A stretch of 64,000 nucleotides of DNA, from contig NC_086101.1 in NCBI RefSeq assembly GCF_963921235.1, positions 9,116,001 to 9,180,000 of the forward strand, written 5' to 3'. Both the position numbers and the translations under genes were made by a program. Source of the stretch: Mobula hypostoma (taxonomy: Eukaryota). Below are positions 26,001-35,090 of this stretch, in pieces. How positions within the stretch are numbered: the stretch's first letter is position 1; every line of letters begins with the position of its first letter. Under the pieces are notes generated by a model. The model saw nothing but the letters and a program-made list of their open reading frames with translations. It was not told the origin of the DNA and searched no databases.

Positions 26001-29000
26001 TTTCCCCAACTAACAAATCCCCTGTCACCACAGCATCCCTCTTCTCCCGGCTTCCCTTTTTATTATTATTATTTTTTTATTGCAACACCAACAAATTACA
26101 TTTAATATAACCAGTTGCTAATTACATTTTGACTGTTTAACCCAGCCACCCCCAACCTTCATCACCATCCCCTCCACCCATCTCTCCCCCCATCCTTCTC
26201 CCCTCCACCAATCAACTGAATAGTAGTACATACACAGACAAAGCATTCCTATTTTAACAAAAAATCTCTTAAGTTAGATATCAAATTTGCTCACATTAAG
26301 ATTGTGTTTGGTCGTGCATCATTTGCTCTTGCTGATGAAAGTTCCAGGTAAGAAAGGGTCCAAAAAGCTCCGAAGCCAGTGAGTATTTGAAATATCATGG
26401 GGAGGTTTCCAATGCTGGACTACAATCTTCTTAGCTGCAGTCAGGCCTGTCAGCCAGATTTTGTGTGTTTTTTTCCGTAAGGGAAAGGTGGGAGTCATCA
26501 TTTAGAAGATGTACAGCGGAGTCCATTGGTAATTGTACCCCCGTTAGTTCTGGAAGAGTACTGACAACCTTCCCCCTCAAATCAAAAACCCCTGGACATT
26601 CCCATACAACATGTATAAAAGAGCCAATGGCTCCATGGGGGCAAAATGAGCAATATGGGTCAGGAACCAGTCCCATTTGATGTCTAATTCTCGGTGTTAG
26701 ATATGCTCTATGACAAAATTAAAAGTGTATATCCTGATGATTTGGGTTTTTCGAATCACCAGCAGCATTATCCCAAATCGCATCTCAGTCTAAGTCTTGT
26801 CCCAATTCAGATATGTCCCTATCCCAAGCTTTCATTCCCGATGTGGGCATATAATTCTGGGAGTTTAATTTATCATAGATATATGACACTATCTGTCCTG
26901 GAGCACTCTGTATCCAACTTAAAATGGGATGGTCCTTTAAATCTGACCCCCAGGGAATGCCGTAGGCTTTACAAGCTGATCTTACTCGAAAGTAGAAGAA
27001 AAGAGAGTGTTTATCAATATTATATCGAGATATCAGTTCTTGAAAGCTAAGGATAGTACTTGCCCCATTAATATCTTGATGAGTAGTAATACCGTATTCT
27101 CCCAAGTTCTGTTAGTGAATGGTTTCCCCCCAGATAGAAAACGATTATTGTTCCATAATGGAGATGATTTGCACCATACGCTTTTAAATTGTAGGATTTT
27201 TTCTGCTGCTCTAAACACTTGTAATATATGGGTTAAAATTGGACCTTAATACAAATCACAAGGTGTTTTCACCCACAGAACTGCTGCTCACTGGATTTTG
27301 TTTTTTTTTTAATTTTATTTTTATTTGGATAAGGAATTCACAATTATCATGTACTTTTTTCACACATATAACCTTTTCCATTTTTTATATGTATAAAACT
27401 ACAATTATTTATACATTCTTAAGTACACATTGAGATGATATAAAAGGAAAATAAACATTTAAATAGATAATTATGTACTGTGGTAAATCTAACCTATTAG
27501 GCTAAGTAATGAAATTAGTTGTTAAGAAAAATGGTAATAATAGTTTCCATACAACCCTTCTGGACCATTTCCACTGGTCCAAAATGTTGCATACAAGCCT
27601 ATATACCAACCATTGTAGGTATTTATATCCCAATTTGTTCGTGCTTGTTCCTGCCCGCAGACATAATTATCCAATCCCTATGTACTTATTTACTTAATTT
27701 TTTCTTTTTTTTTATCCCTTTCCCAAATCTTTCCCTTTACCTGTGTTAATTCTCTATTTTCCAAAAAAAAAACCAACATTTAGACTAGGGGTGCTTACGT
27801 TAGCAATATTACTGTGTTGATGAGAAGAGCAATATAAATCATTAGGAGAGTCATCTAAAGTCTGCTCACATTGGGGTTATATATTCAATCCATTTATTCC
27901 AGATTTGATAAAATGTTTCTTTTTGAGTTCTCAGGGAGTAAGTCAACTTTTCCATTTTAAATATTTCCAAGATAATTTTGTACCAATCTTCTAATGTAGG
28001 TGGTATTGGATTTAGCCATTTTCTAGTGATTGATTTCTTACTTGCCGCTAAGAGGGCCTGCAGCAACTTTATATCTTCCTTCTGTTCAAGGAACAGTACA
28101 TGCCCCAAATAGAGCGTCTCAAAGTTCAGAGGTATCTGGGACCTAAGTACCTTAACTAATGTTCTATGAATACCTTCCCAATATAGACTTAATTTAGGGC
28201 AATCCCAGAAAATATGAACATGATTTGCCTCCTTGGAGCCGCACCTTCTCCAACACATCACATTTGTATCTTTATATTTTTCCTGATATGGGGTCTTGAA
28301 GTATCTTATAATGTTTTTCCAACAATGTTCTCTCCAAGTCAAAGAATTAGACGAGGACCATTGAAAGCTGCAGATTTTCCCCCAAGCCTCCTCTGAAAGT
28401 ACCAACCCCGCTTCTTTCTCCCACTTCTCTTTAATATACAGTGTATTTACATTTTTAGCATGGGAGAGTGCATTATATAGGGGCGCCAGTCCTTTCAATT
28501 GATACATTAATATTATGTCTCATTACTATCATAACTCCTTTCGTACGAGTACCACCAGCTGATGCCACAATAGGTTTATAAAATTGGTTTTGAACCCTGG
28601 GAATGTCATTAGGTTTAAGATGTGTTTCCTGTAACAGTGCAATATCTATTTTCTTTCTGCGTAAGAAAGCTTGAACGCTTGTAGGGAGAGTTTAATCCTC
28701 TAACATTAAATGATACAATAGTAAGATTTTTTAAATGTATCCATGTTGCTCATCTTCCCCTAGATCTGTTGTTGTAAGTTGGTGGTGGAGCCCTGAGTTA
28801 CCCCTTTCCCACCCCCCTCCCATCACCTCTCCCATTCAACCCTTTACTTTGTAATATCTGTGAGTGTCACTTAGCAATGTCAGACACTGAACACTGGCAT
28901 CAACCGCCCCCCTTCCAGCACCAACAAATTAGAAAGGCAAAGCAGTTCTCATAGACAATCATATCAAAGAGACAAGAAAAAGCAACCTGGACAAACCCGT

Positions 29001-32000
29001 TAACCAATATAAGTAAAACCGTTTCTGTCTCAAATATAGTATAACACATAATCAAGATTCCAACAGCTATCTTGCAAGAAACTGTCGCTTCAATAGACCG
29101 TCGCTTAGCGATGGCACCAATGATGTCTTATCTGGTGCCCAGTAATGTAAACAAGTCAACTAGAGACATAACGTTCTAAAGTTAGTCAGAACAAACTGCT
29201 GTTTTTCAGCTTCATTCTTGATGAAGTATCACATTTGGGTATATTGAATATCACCTTAAAGCTCTGACCTGCAATAGTCAGAAACAAATTGGCCCCTTAA
29301 TTAACTAAATACAAAGGTGCAACGAATGACTTTCCGATAAAAGAATAACCAGAAAACTTCACACCTAGGACGTTAACTTGCCCGTGCCTGATAGATTGAG
29401 CATACAGGCAAGTCTGAGCTCTTAATGCTGTTCCATCTCCTCCTGAGGGGCATGTGGACTTTGCCCAGGGTCTTCTTCCATACCTCCCAGCACCGATGAT
29501 TTCAGAGCTTCTTTCGCTTCCTCTGCTGCATTAAGCGACATCTTCATGCCCTTGATATTCACTTTCAAAATCGCTGGGTATATGAGGAACGAGTCAATCC
29601 CCTTCTGTCGAAGTTTAGCGCGGATCTCCGTGTATCCCTGCCATTCCTGCATCGTGCCGGGGCTGTAGTCAGCGAAGAACTGCAGCTGGGTGCCATCAGG
29701 GAGAGTAGGTTTGGCTTTCCTCTCACCCTCCAGGATAGCCTGCTGGTCGATATACCATAGAAGCCTAAAAACCATGGTCTGTGGTCTTGAGGTGTTGTTG
29801 GAAAAGATCCTATGTGCTCTATCAATCTCCAGTGGAATGCTGTGGGAATTCTTGAGCACTGAAATCCAATTAGGCAGCGTCTTCTGGAGGTAACCTCTTG
29901 GATCGTCGCCCTCAGCGCCTGTCGGTAAGTTGACCAGCCGCACAGTTTCTCCTGGATCTGTCCTCCAAGTCATTTAACTTCTTCCATATCTTAGACACCT
30001 CAGAGAGACAGGAGTTAGTAACTAACCTCATACTTGCATATGCAAACCTGAATGTTGTCTATTTTATTGAAGACCATGCTAATTTCTTTAGCGTGAATGT
30101 CCGCTTGCTCCTTTAACGACCGGAGAATGTTGCGATTCTCTGCCAAATACTTCTGTATGGGGTCGAGAGCCTTTCCCAGCAACTCCTTTAGCATGTGGGC
30201 TATCATTTCTTTCAGCGGTTCCATCTCTGTTGCCATTGTTTGTTTAATTTCTTCGGATGAATCGTTAGCTTGGTGTCGCCTGCTGGTATCTTGTTTCCTG
30301 GTTGAATGTGGATCTTTTTTTGAAGCCATGTCTTTAGTTAGATCTTTCTCCAACTCAGCCTTGTATTAAGACTGTCTATGAGCCCTGAAAAACTTGAAAA
30401 AGGAGGGTTATATGTCAGCGCTCAGTGCTGTGCTGCCATCTTGCCTCTTACCTCACTGGAAGTCCCCACTTCCCTTCTGAGTTACAGAGGCAGACGCAGT
30501 ACTAGGGACCTCACCACTGTGACTTTCCTCTGTTAGGTCATCCCCCCCCCCGGACAGTATCCAAAAGGATATACCTGTTGTTGAGGGGGATGGCCATAGG
30601 GGTACTCTGCACTGGCTCCCTCAACCCTTTCCCCTTCCTGACTGTCACCCAGTTTCCGTGTCCTGCACCTTGTTGTAATTACCTCCCTGTACATCCTGTC
30701 TCTCATCCCTTCAGCCTCCCGAATGATCCGGAGTTCACCCAGTTCCAGCTACAACTCCTTAACGTGGTTTGTTAGAAGCTGCAGCTGGATGTACATCTCA
30801 CAGTTGTAGTCCTCCAGGACACTGGAGGTCTCCCTGCCTTCCCACATCCCACAAGAGGAGCATTTGTCTATCCTGCCTGGCATCTCTACTGTCCTGGCTG
30901 AGCAGATACAAAGAAAAGAAGGAAAAAAAATGTGCTTTTCTTTCCTTTGCTTTCTCTTAACCAGGTGGTGAGTTCGAGCCCCAGCCGAGGCAGTGTGTTG
31001 TGTCTTAATCACACAGTGCTCTGCGATGACACTGGTGCCAAGCTGTATGAGTCCTAATGCCCTTCCCTTGGACAACATCAGTGTCGTGGAGAGGGGAGAC
31101 TTGCAGCATGGGCAACTGCTGGTCTTCCATACAACCTTGTCCAGGCCTGCGCCCTGGAGAGTGAAGACTTTCCAGGCGCAGATCCATGGTCTCGCAACAC
31201 TAACGGATGCCTTTTATTTATTTTTTTCTCCGTGTGAAGCCTTGAAGAGCTGAAGCCTCAATATCACCACTCTGACGATGTCCACTCAGACGATGGCTGC
31301 TGTGTTTGCCTGTCTTCCTTTAATTTGCTCTTCGTAATCAATCCCAGATGCCGATTGGTCACTGGTTGCCCTGCAGCTCCCTTAAAAAACTTTCCCCTCT
31401 CACCTCGCCTCTCTGCCCTCTGGTTTTGGATTCCCCCTTTTTGGGAAAAAGACCGTGAGCCTACACCTTACATCTGCCCCTTATGATTTTATATACCTCG
31501 AATAGGGGTCACCCCTCAACATCCATCGCTCAAGGGAAATGAACCCAGCTTAAAGGGAAATAGATCCCCAGGTCCTGATCAAGTGTATCCGAGGACATTG
31601 TGGGAAGCTCAGGAGGAAAGTGTGGAGCCCATTTTGGAGATATGTGTGTCATCAATAGCTGTGGGTGAGGGGCCAGAAGACTGGAGGGAGACGAATGTTG
31701 AACATTTATTGAAGATCGGCTGTAGGGAAAAGCCGGGGAAGTACAGACCGGTGAGCCTAACGTCAGTGGAGGGTACATTAATGGAGGGGATTCTGAGAGA
31801 TGGGATCTACATTCATTTGGAAAGGCGAGGACTAATCAGGGATACCCAGCTTGGTTTTCTGCATGGCCGGTACGGTAGCATAGTTGTTAGCACAACGCTT
31901 TACAGTACCAGTGACCCGGGTTCATGTCCCGTCACTGCCTGTAAGGAGTTTGTACGTTCCCCATGACCACGTGGGTTTCTTCCAGGTGCTCCGGTTTCAC

Positions 32001-35000
32001 AGTCCAAACCTGTACCGGTTGGCAAGTTAATTGGTCATTGTAACTTGTCCCATGGTCAGGCTCGGATTAAATCAGGGGTTTCTGGGTGGTAGGGTCATTG
32101 TAAATTGTCCCATGGTCAGGCTCGGATTAAATCAGGGGTTTCTGGGTGGTGAGGGTCAAAGGGCCGGAAGGGCCTATTCTGTGTTGTATCTCAATAAATA
32201 AATTACAGCTGATGAAAGTGCAGTAGACATCGTCTTCATGGAGTTTAACGAGGGATTTGACAAGGTAGCAGAGAGTTAGATCACATGGGATACAGTACGA
32301 TCTGGAACAGGATACAGAATTGTCTGGGTGGAGTCCTGTGACCAGCGGTTGTGTTGCAGGGATCAGTGCTGGGTCCACTGTTTTTCATCATTCATATGAT
32401 GATTTGGAGAGAATGTAGGTGACATGTTCAGTAGGTTTGTGAAGGACTCTAAATTGGTGGTTTCACGGACAGTGAAGAGGTTATTTATTTATTTAGATAC
32501 AGTGTGAAACAGGCCGTCCCAGACCAATGACCTGCTCCGCCCAGCACCCCAACTATTTAAAACTAGCCAGATCACGGGAGAATGTACAATGACCATTTAA
32601 CCCACAAACCGTTATGTCTTTGTACAAGAATCACAGAGTGATAGAAACTAACAACACAGGCCCTTCAGCCTTGCAGTTACCCTATCCATACCCTCAAAAT
32701 TTTGTATACCTCTTTTAAGTCTCCCCTCAGTCTTCTATGTTACAGGAATAAAGTCCGAATGTATTCAATCGTTCCTTATGACTCAGGTCTTCCTTGTTTA
32801 CATCTTTCCTGTAGGTAGCTGACCAAAACTGTACATATTATCCCAAATTAGGCCTCACCAGGTCTCATACAACTTCAACATAACATCCCATCTCCTGTAT
32901 TCAATACTTTGATTTATGAAGCCCAATGTGACAAAAGCTTTTTTTTAACACTATCTACCTGTAACACCACTTTCAATGTATTATGGACCTGTGTTCCCAG
33001 ATCTGCTGTAGAACAGAGCCTCAGTGCGCGACCATTCACTATGTAAGACCTACACTGGGGCCCTACCAAAGTGCAACAGCTCACACTTGTCTGCATTAAA
33101 TTCCAGATGACACTTTTCAGCCCATTTTTCCAGCTGCTCCAGATCCCACTGCAAGTAATGATGGTCTTCCTCGCAGTCCACTCCTCCCCAATCTGAGGGA
33201 TGAATCGCGAGCACCCGGAGGAAAGGCACGAGGTCACGGGGAGACCGTACAAACTCCTTACAGATGGTGTCGCAATTGATCTCAGAACTCCAGAACGCCC
33301 CATGGTGCAACAGTATTGCATTATCCACTACATAACCCTGTTGCTCATGGTTTGTCCAAGATTACAATGAGATCTTGATTAATTGGGTCTCTGGGCCATT
33401 GGATGGAAATTGATTTTAATTCAGAGATGAGGGTGTTGCATCTTGGAAGGCAAACTAGCACAGGATTACACAGGAATCAGTGGGGCCCTAGGAGAGTGTT
33501 GTGGAACAGAGAGACCAGGAGGTGATTGCCTTCATCAGTCAGAATACTGAGTACAGGAGCTGGGATGTCACGTTATGAGTGTACAAGACATTGGGAAGGC
33601 CACATTTGGAGCAGAGTAACACACACAATCTGCTGGAGGAACTCAGCAGATCAGGCAGCATCTATGGAAATGAATAAACAGTCAATGTTTTGGGCCAAGG
33701 TTTTGTGTGTGTTGCTTTGGATTTCCAGCATCTGCAGACTTTCTTGTCTTTATGATTTGGATCACTCTGTACAGTTCTGGTTATCTTTCTGCAGGAAGAA
33801 TGTCATTAAACTGAGAGGGTATGAAACAGATTTACAAGGATGTTACCAGGAATGGAGGGTTTGGGTTATAAGGAGAGGCTCGATATTCTGGGTCATTTTC
33901 CTGGAGCTCAGGTGGCTGCCAAACGAAACTGTAGAGATGAATACGGTTACAATGGTTTAAAAGACATCTGGACGGGTTCGTGGGTGGGAAAGGGCTAAAA
34001 GAATAATGGGCAAATAGAGGCAAATGGAACAAGTTCATCAAAGTGAGTTGGTCAGCACGAATGTATTCTGCCTTTCCTGCTCTTTAAATGCCTCCAGTGT
34101 TTACTCACCCCATCCTCATCTGGATCCAGTTGTTGCTCCACTGCTTCCTCATACCCGTTTCCACTGCTATCTCCCGTCTTTCTTTCCAATCTTGAGGTAA
34201 GGTCTCGGCTTGAATCCTTCCTTAATACACGCTGCTCGACCCGCTGAGTTCCTGCAGAATTTTGTATATGTTGATCGGGAAAAAATCCGATCTCCAGGTT
34301 GAGATTAAACCTCGGGAAGATGTTGGTTGTCCATCCAGTGTGTTTGGGTCAAACCCCGGGAAAGGGTCCTGTCGGCCACCCGACTGTACCTGAGGCCGAG
34401 CGGCCTCTCCCCCGGTCCCGGGGCTGCGCTGCCCGAGTCTCCCCCCCGATCCCCGGGGACTCTCTAATTCTCTGCTTCTCCCCCCAGTCTCTGTCACCCT
34501 GGATGTGGAAACGGCGCATCCGGAGCTCGAGGTGTCTGAGGATCGGAAGAGTGTGAGACGGACCTGGACCCGGAGGAGTCTACCTGACACCGGGAAGAGG
34601 TTCACATACTGGCCTTGTGTGCTGGGATCGGAGGGGTTCACATCGGGGAGACATTACTGGGAGGTGGAGGTGACGGGGAATCGGTGCTGGGGTCTGGGAG
34701 TCGCCGCAGAGTCTGTGGAGAGGAAGAGACGGGTCAGACTGAGTCCGGAGACCGGATTCTGGATCATCGGGCGGGATGGTGACGAGATGTGGGTTCTCAC
34801 CTCCCCTCTGTCCCGTCTCTCTGCCGGTCCCATCCACGGGAGGGTGGGAGTTTATCTCAGTTACCAGTCTTGGACGGTTTCATTTTACAACGCGGAGACC
34901 AAGTCCCATCTCCACACCTTCACTGGGAATAAATTCACGGGGAAACTTTATCCTTTCTTCTGGACTGTATATACAAACGAGTGGCTGAGAATCTGCTCCG

Positions 35001-35020
35001 GTTCCGCTTCGGGTCTGTAA
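1614..35020 (+). CDS. TRIM E3 ubiquitin ligase, RING-B-box-coiled-coil-PRY/SPRY (B30.2); TRIM39/TRIM27/nuclear factor 7/zinc-binding protein A33-like; spliced CDS join(1614..2024,2112..2207,3014..3247,12632..12654,12751..12869,34488..35020), 471 aa
   Basis: Exon lengths 411+96+234+23+119+533=1416 nt with no internal stop. All introns are GT-AG with compatible phases (0,0,0,2,1). The 96/234/23-nt exon pattern is the classic B30.2-TRIM structure. The exact ortholog cannot be assigned by eye. Confidence 0.92.
2112..2207 (+). CDS. TRIM coding exon 2 (96 nt, start of coiled coil)
   Basis: ttcccag|GATCGG...GTCCGG|gtgagg; encodes [32 protein letters not shown]. Confidence 0.92.
2270..2500 (+). mobile_element. 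tRNA-derived SINE (V-SINE/HE1-like), degenerate
   Basis: B-box-like ggattcgatcc followed by gctgtctgcgtggagtttgcacgttc, a core shared with copies near 3590, 31900, 56190 and 62330. Confidence 0.6.
2512..2931 (-). mobile_element. RTE-clade-derived bipartite non-autonomous element (5' UTR-like part fused to ORF C-terminus)
   Basis: On the minus strand a segment resembling RTE/Expander 5' UTRs (ggggtcacccatgccaaacaggtc) is followed within ~200 bp by an RTE-like terminal peptide [18 protein letters not shown]. The family call is from memory of consensus sequences. Confidence 0.5.
3014..3247 (+). CDS. TRIM coding exon 3 (234 nt, coiled coil)
   Basis: ttcatttgacag|GAACAG...CTCATG|gtgaga; open frame [78 protein letters not shown]. 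Missed by the ORF track. Confidence 0.93.
3632..7714 (+). mobile_element. Near-full-length CR1 LINE: partial ORF1 (SGNH esterase-like) plus disrupted ORF2 (APE endonuclease and RT)
   Basis: ORF1 [10 protein letters not shown]...CCLPGARV...HVGTND; ORF2 [39 protein letters not shown]; premature TGA at 5919-5921 and later frameshifts; tail tctatgttctatg. Confidence 0.93.
6751..7232 (-). mobile_element. 5'-truncated CR1 inserted into the CR1 above
   Basis: Tail (agaaacat)n at the left; peptide [29 protein letters not shown]; 6-bp TSD AAGGAT at 6745-6750 and 7233-7238, with the host frame resuming DVEALERVQ. Confidence 0.9.
7725..11860 (-). mobile_element. Near-full-length degenerate CR1 LINE (ORF1 with Cys motif, coiled coil and esterase; ORF2 fragments)
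   Basis: Collinear minus-strand fragments [19 protein letters not shown] (11384-11653), VMGDSLVRG (11012-11329), [27 protein letters not shown] and [10 protein letters not shown], with the 3' end near 7730. Confidence 0.9.
12632..12654 (+). CDS. TRIM coding exon 4 (23-nt microexon)
   Basis: ttttatttatttcag|GAGGAAGCTCGTCGGAAGAGGAG|gtagga; the canonical 23-nt TRIM exon, phase 0 to 2. Confidence 0.9.
12751..12869 (+). CDS. TRIM coding exon 5 (119 nt, linker)
   Basis: atttacag|GATTAGT...AAACAAG|gtaaaa; encodes [39 protein letters not shown]; phase 2 to 1. Confidence 0.88.
13945..14157. mobile_element. Tc1/mariner-type MITE (213 bp)
   Basis: Terminal inverted repeats tgaggg-tgattgataa... and ...ttatcaatcacccctca, with TA TSDs at 13943-44 and 14158-59. 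Removing it restores the host ccatcatctaagtcatttata. Confidence 0.85.
14912..14927 (+). repeat. Short interstitial telomeric repeat (TTAGGG)2TTAG
   Basis: Perfect 16-nt vertebrate telomere repeat interrupting a local inverted repeat. Confidence 0.7.
14976..15231. mobile_element. Miniature palindromic Penelope-like insertion (two inverted 3' UTR ends)
   Basis: Inverted arms 15025-15126 and 15134-15235 nearly identical to the PLE 3' UTR at ~43446-43555; TSD AACTAATGTAGCTC at 14962-14975 and 15232-15245. Confidence 0.9.
15150..15187 (+). ncRNA. Minimal type I hammerhead ribozyme motif
   Basis: UAGUC-CUGACGA-AGG(gucucgg)CCU-GAAA-CGUC^-GACUG: complete core, stems I and II, GUC cleavage triplet. 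A mutated antisense twin lies at 15073-15110. Confidence 0.75.
15951..16473 (-). mobile_element. CR1 RT-domain fragment of a different subfamily
   Basis: Open frame [22 protein letters not shown]...[11 protein letters not shown]...[10 protein letters not shown]...ISKFADD. Confidence 0.85.
16474..19371 (-). mobile_element. CR1 LINE (same subfamily as 3632-7714); 16474-16574 lies on + and 16575-19371 is inverted
   Basis: ORFs 18081-19349, 17172-18041 and 16759-17190 are near-identical to the 4221-7600 copy. The tail (aacatag)n is at ~16575. The upstream [11 protein letters not shown] segment sits on the opposite strand at 16474-16574. Confidence 0.9.
19372..22231 (+). mobile_element. Degenerate 5'-truncated CR1 LINE ORF2
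   Basis: [41 protein letters not shown] and RNFFSQRVV; tail tgtcttatggtct. Confidence 0.88.
22470..24440 (-). mobile_element. 5'-truncated CR1 (related to 7725-11860), internally deleted
   Basis: Tail agaaacatagaaacatagaa at 22470; [19 protein letters not shown] and NSQHGFVKG fragments. Confidence 0.85.
26059..30467 (-). mobile_element. L1-clade LINE with 5' end, ORF1, internally deleted ORF2 and A-rich tail
   Basis: 5' end ggggacttcc; ORF1 LEIDRAHR...FFADYSPG...LIYPAILKV (29422-30353); endonuclease start SFNVRGLN near 28700; C-terminal CSFC...HVVWECP; T-rich tail at ~26057-26080; flanking CTTCCCTT at 26051-26058 and 30469-30476 (probable TSD). Confidence 0.85.
27296..28485 (-). mobile_element. 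Second, 5'-truncated L1 nested within the first
   Basis: Open ORF2 C-terminus with CWRRCG...HIFWDCP zinc knuckle and ITRKW; own 3' UTR and poly(T) at ~27296-27310. Confidence 0.82.
30960..31215 (+). mobile_element. tRNA-headed SINE fragment
   Basis: B-box gagttcgagcc. The body (ctggtgccaagctgtat...) resembles the minus strand of 63530-63990. T-rich end. Confidence 0.45.
31867..32200 (+). mobile_element. V-SINE-like element with an internal ~60-bp tandem duplication, inserted in a CR1 fragment (31560-32480)
   Basis: A/B boxes (tagcatagttg; gggttcatgtcc), core gtgggtttct.caggtgctccggtttc, duplicated unit at ~32033-32092 and 32093-32151, tail aataaataaat. Confidence 0.7.
33614..33754. mobile_element. 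Old inverted pair of Penelope-like 3' ends with the centre deleted, inserted in a CR1 fragment
   Basis: A minus-sense PLE end (ctgctggaggaactcagc...gcagcatctatgg) is followed by a plus-sense tail (tgtgttgctttggatttccagcatctgcag). TSD ATTTGGA(G/T)CA at 33604-33613 and 33755-33764. Confidence 0.65.
34488..35020 (+). CDS. TRIM terminal coding exon: PRY/SPRY (B30.2) domain
   Basis: ctaattctctgcttctccccccag|[55 protein letters not shown] at 35018-35020. Confidence 0.95.
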
Positions 35021-35084
35021 ACGGGTCGGGTCCGGTACCGGCGTCAGGAGTAAGTCGGTGTAATTATAAATGTGCGGAGAGTGA

Positions 35085-35090
35085 AATAAA
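35085..35090 (+). promoter_or_regulatory. Candidate polyadenylation signal AATAAA of the TRIM gene
   Basis: First AATAAA, 65 nt after the stop codon, with T/GT-rich sequence downstream. Confidence 0.5.

Larger units (their letters stand above)
24441..30960 (-). mobile_element. Old CR1 (endonuclease and ORF1 region) split by an L1 insertion
   Basis: [12 protein letters not shown] (25103-25375); ORF1 esterase remnant at 25700-26058 continuing at ~30469-30960 (KCSSCGMWE...[12 protein letters not shown]). Confidence 0.75.

Noticed and set aside
32033..32151. Direct repeats as a CRISPR-like array
   Set aside because: Only two adjacent ~60-bp units with no spacer, inside a SINE; an ordinary tandem duplication.
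12870..34487. An additional short phase-1 linker microexon, as in some mammalian TRIMs
   Set aside because: Exon 5 splices in frame directly to the last exon ([15 protein letters not shown]) and I found no convincing candidate. It cannot be fully excluded without RNA data.
34505..35020. Stand-alone SPRY-only gene (171 aa)
   Set aside because: It starts at GTG with a strong splice acceptor 17 nt upstream, in a phase matching exon 5. It is the terminal TRIM exon.
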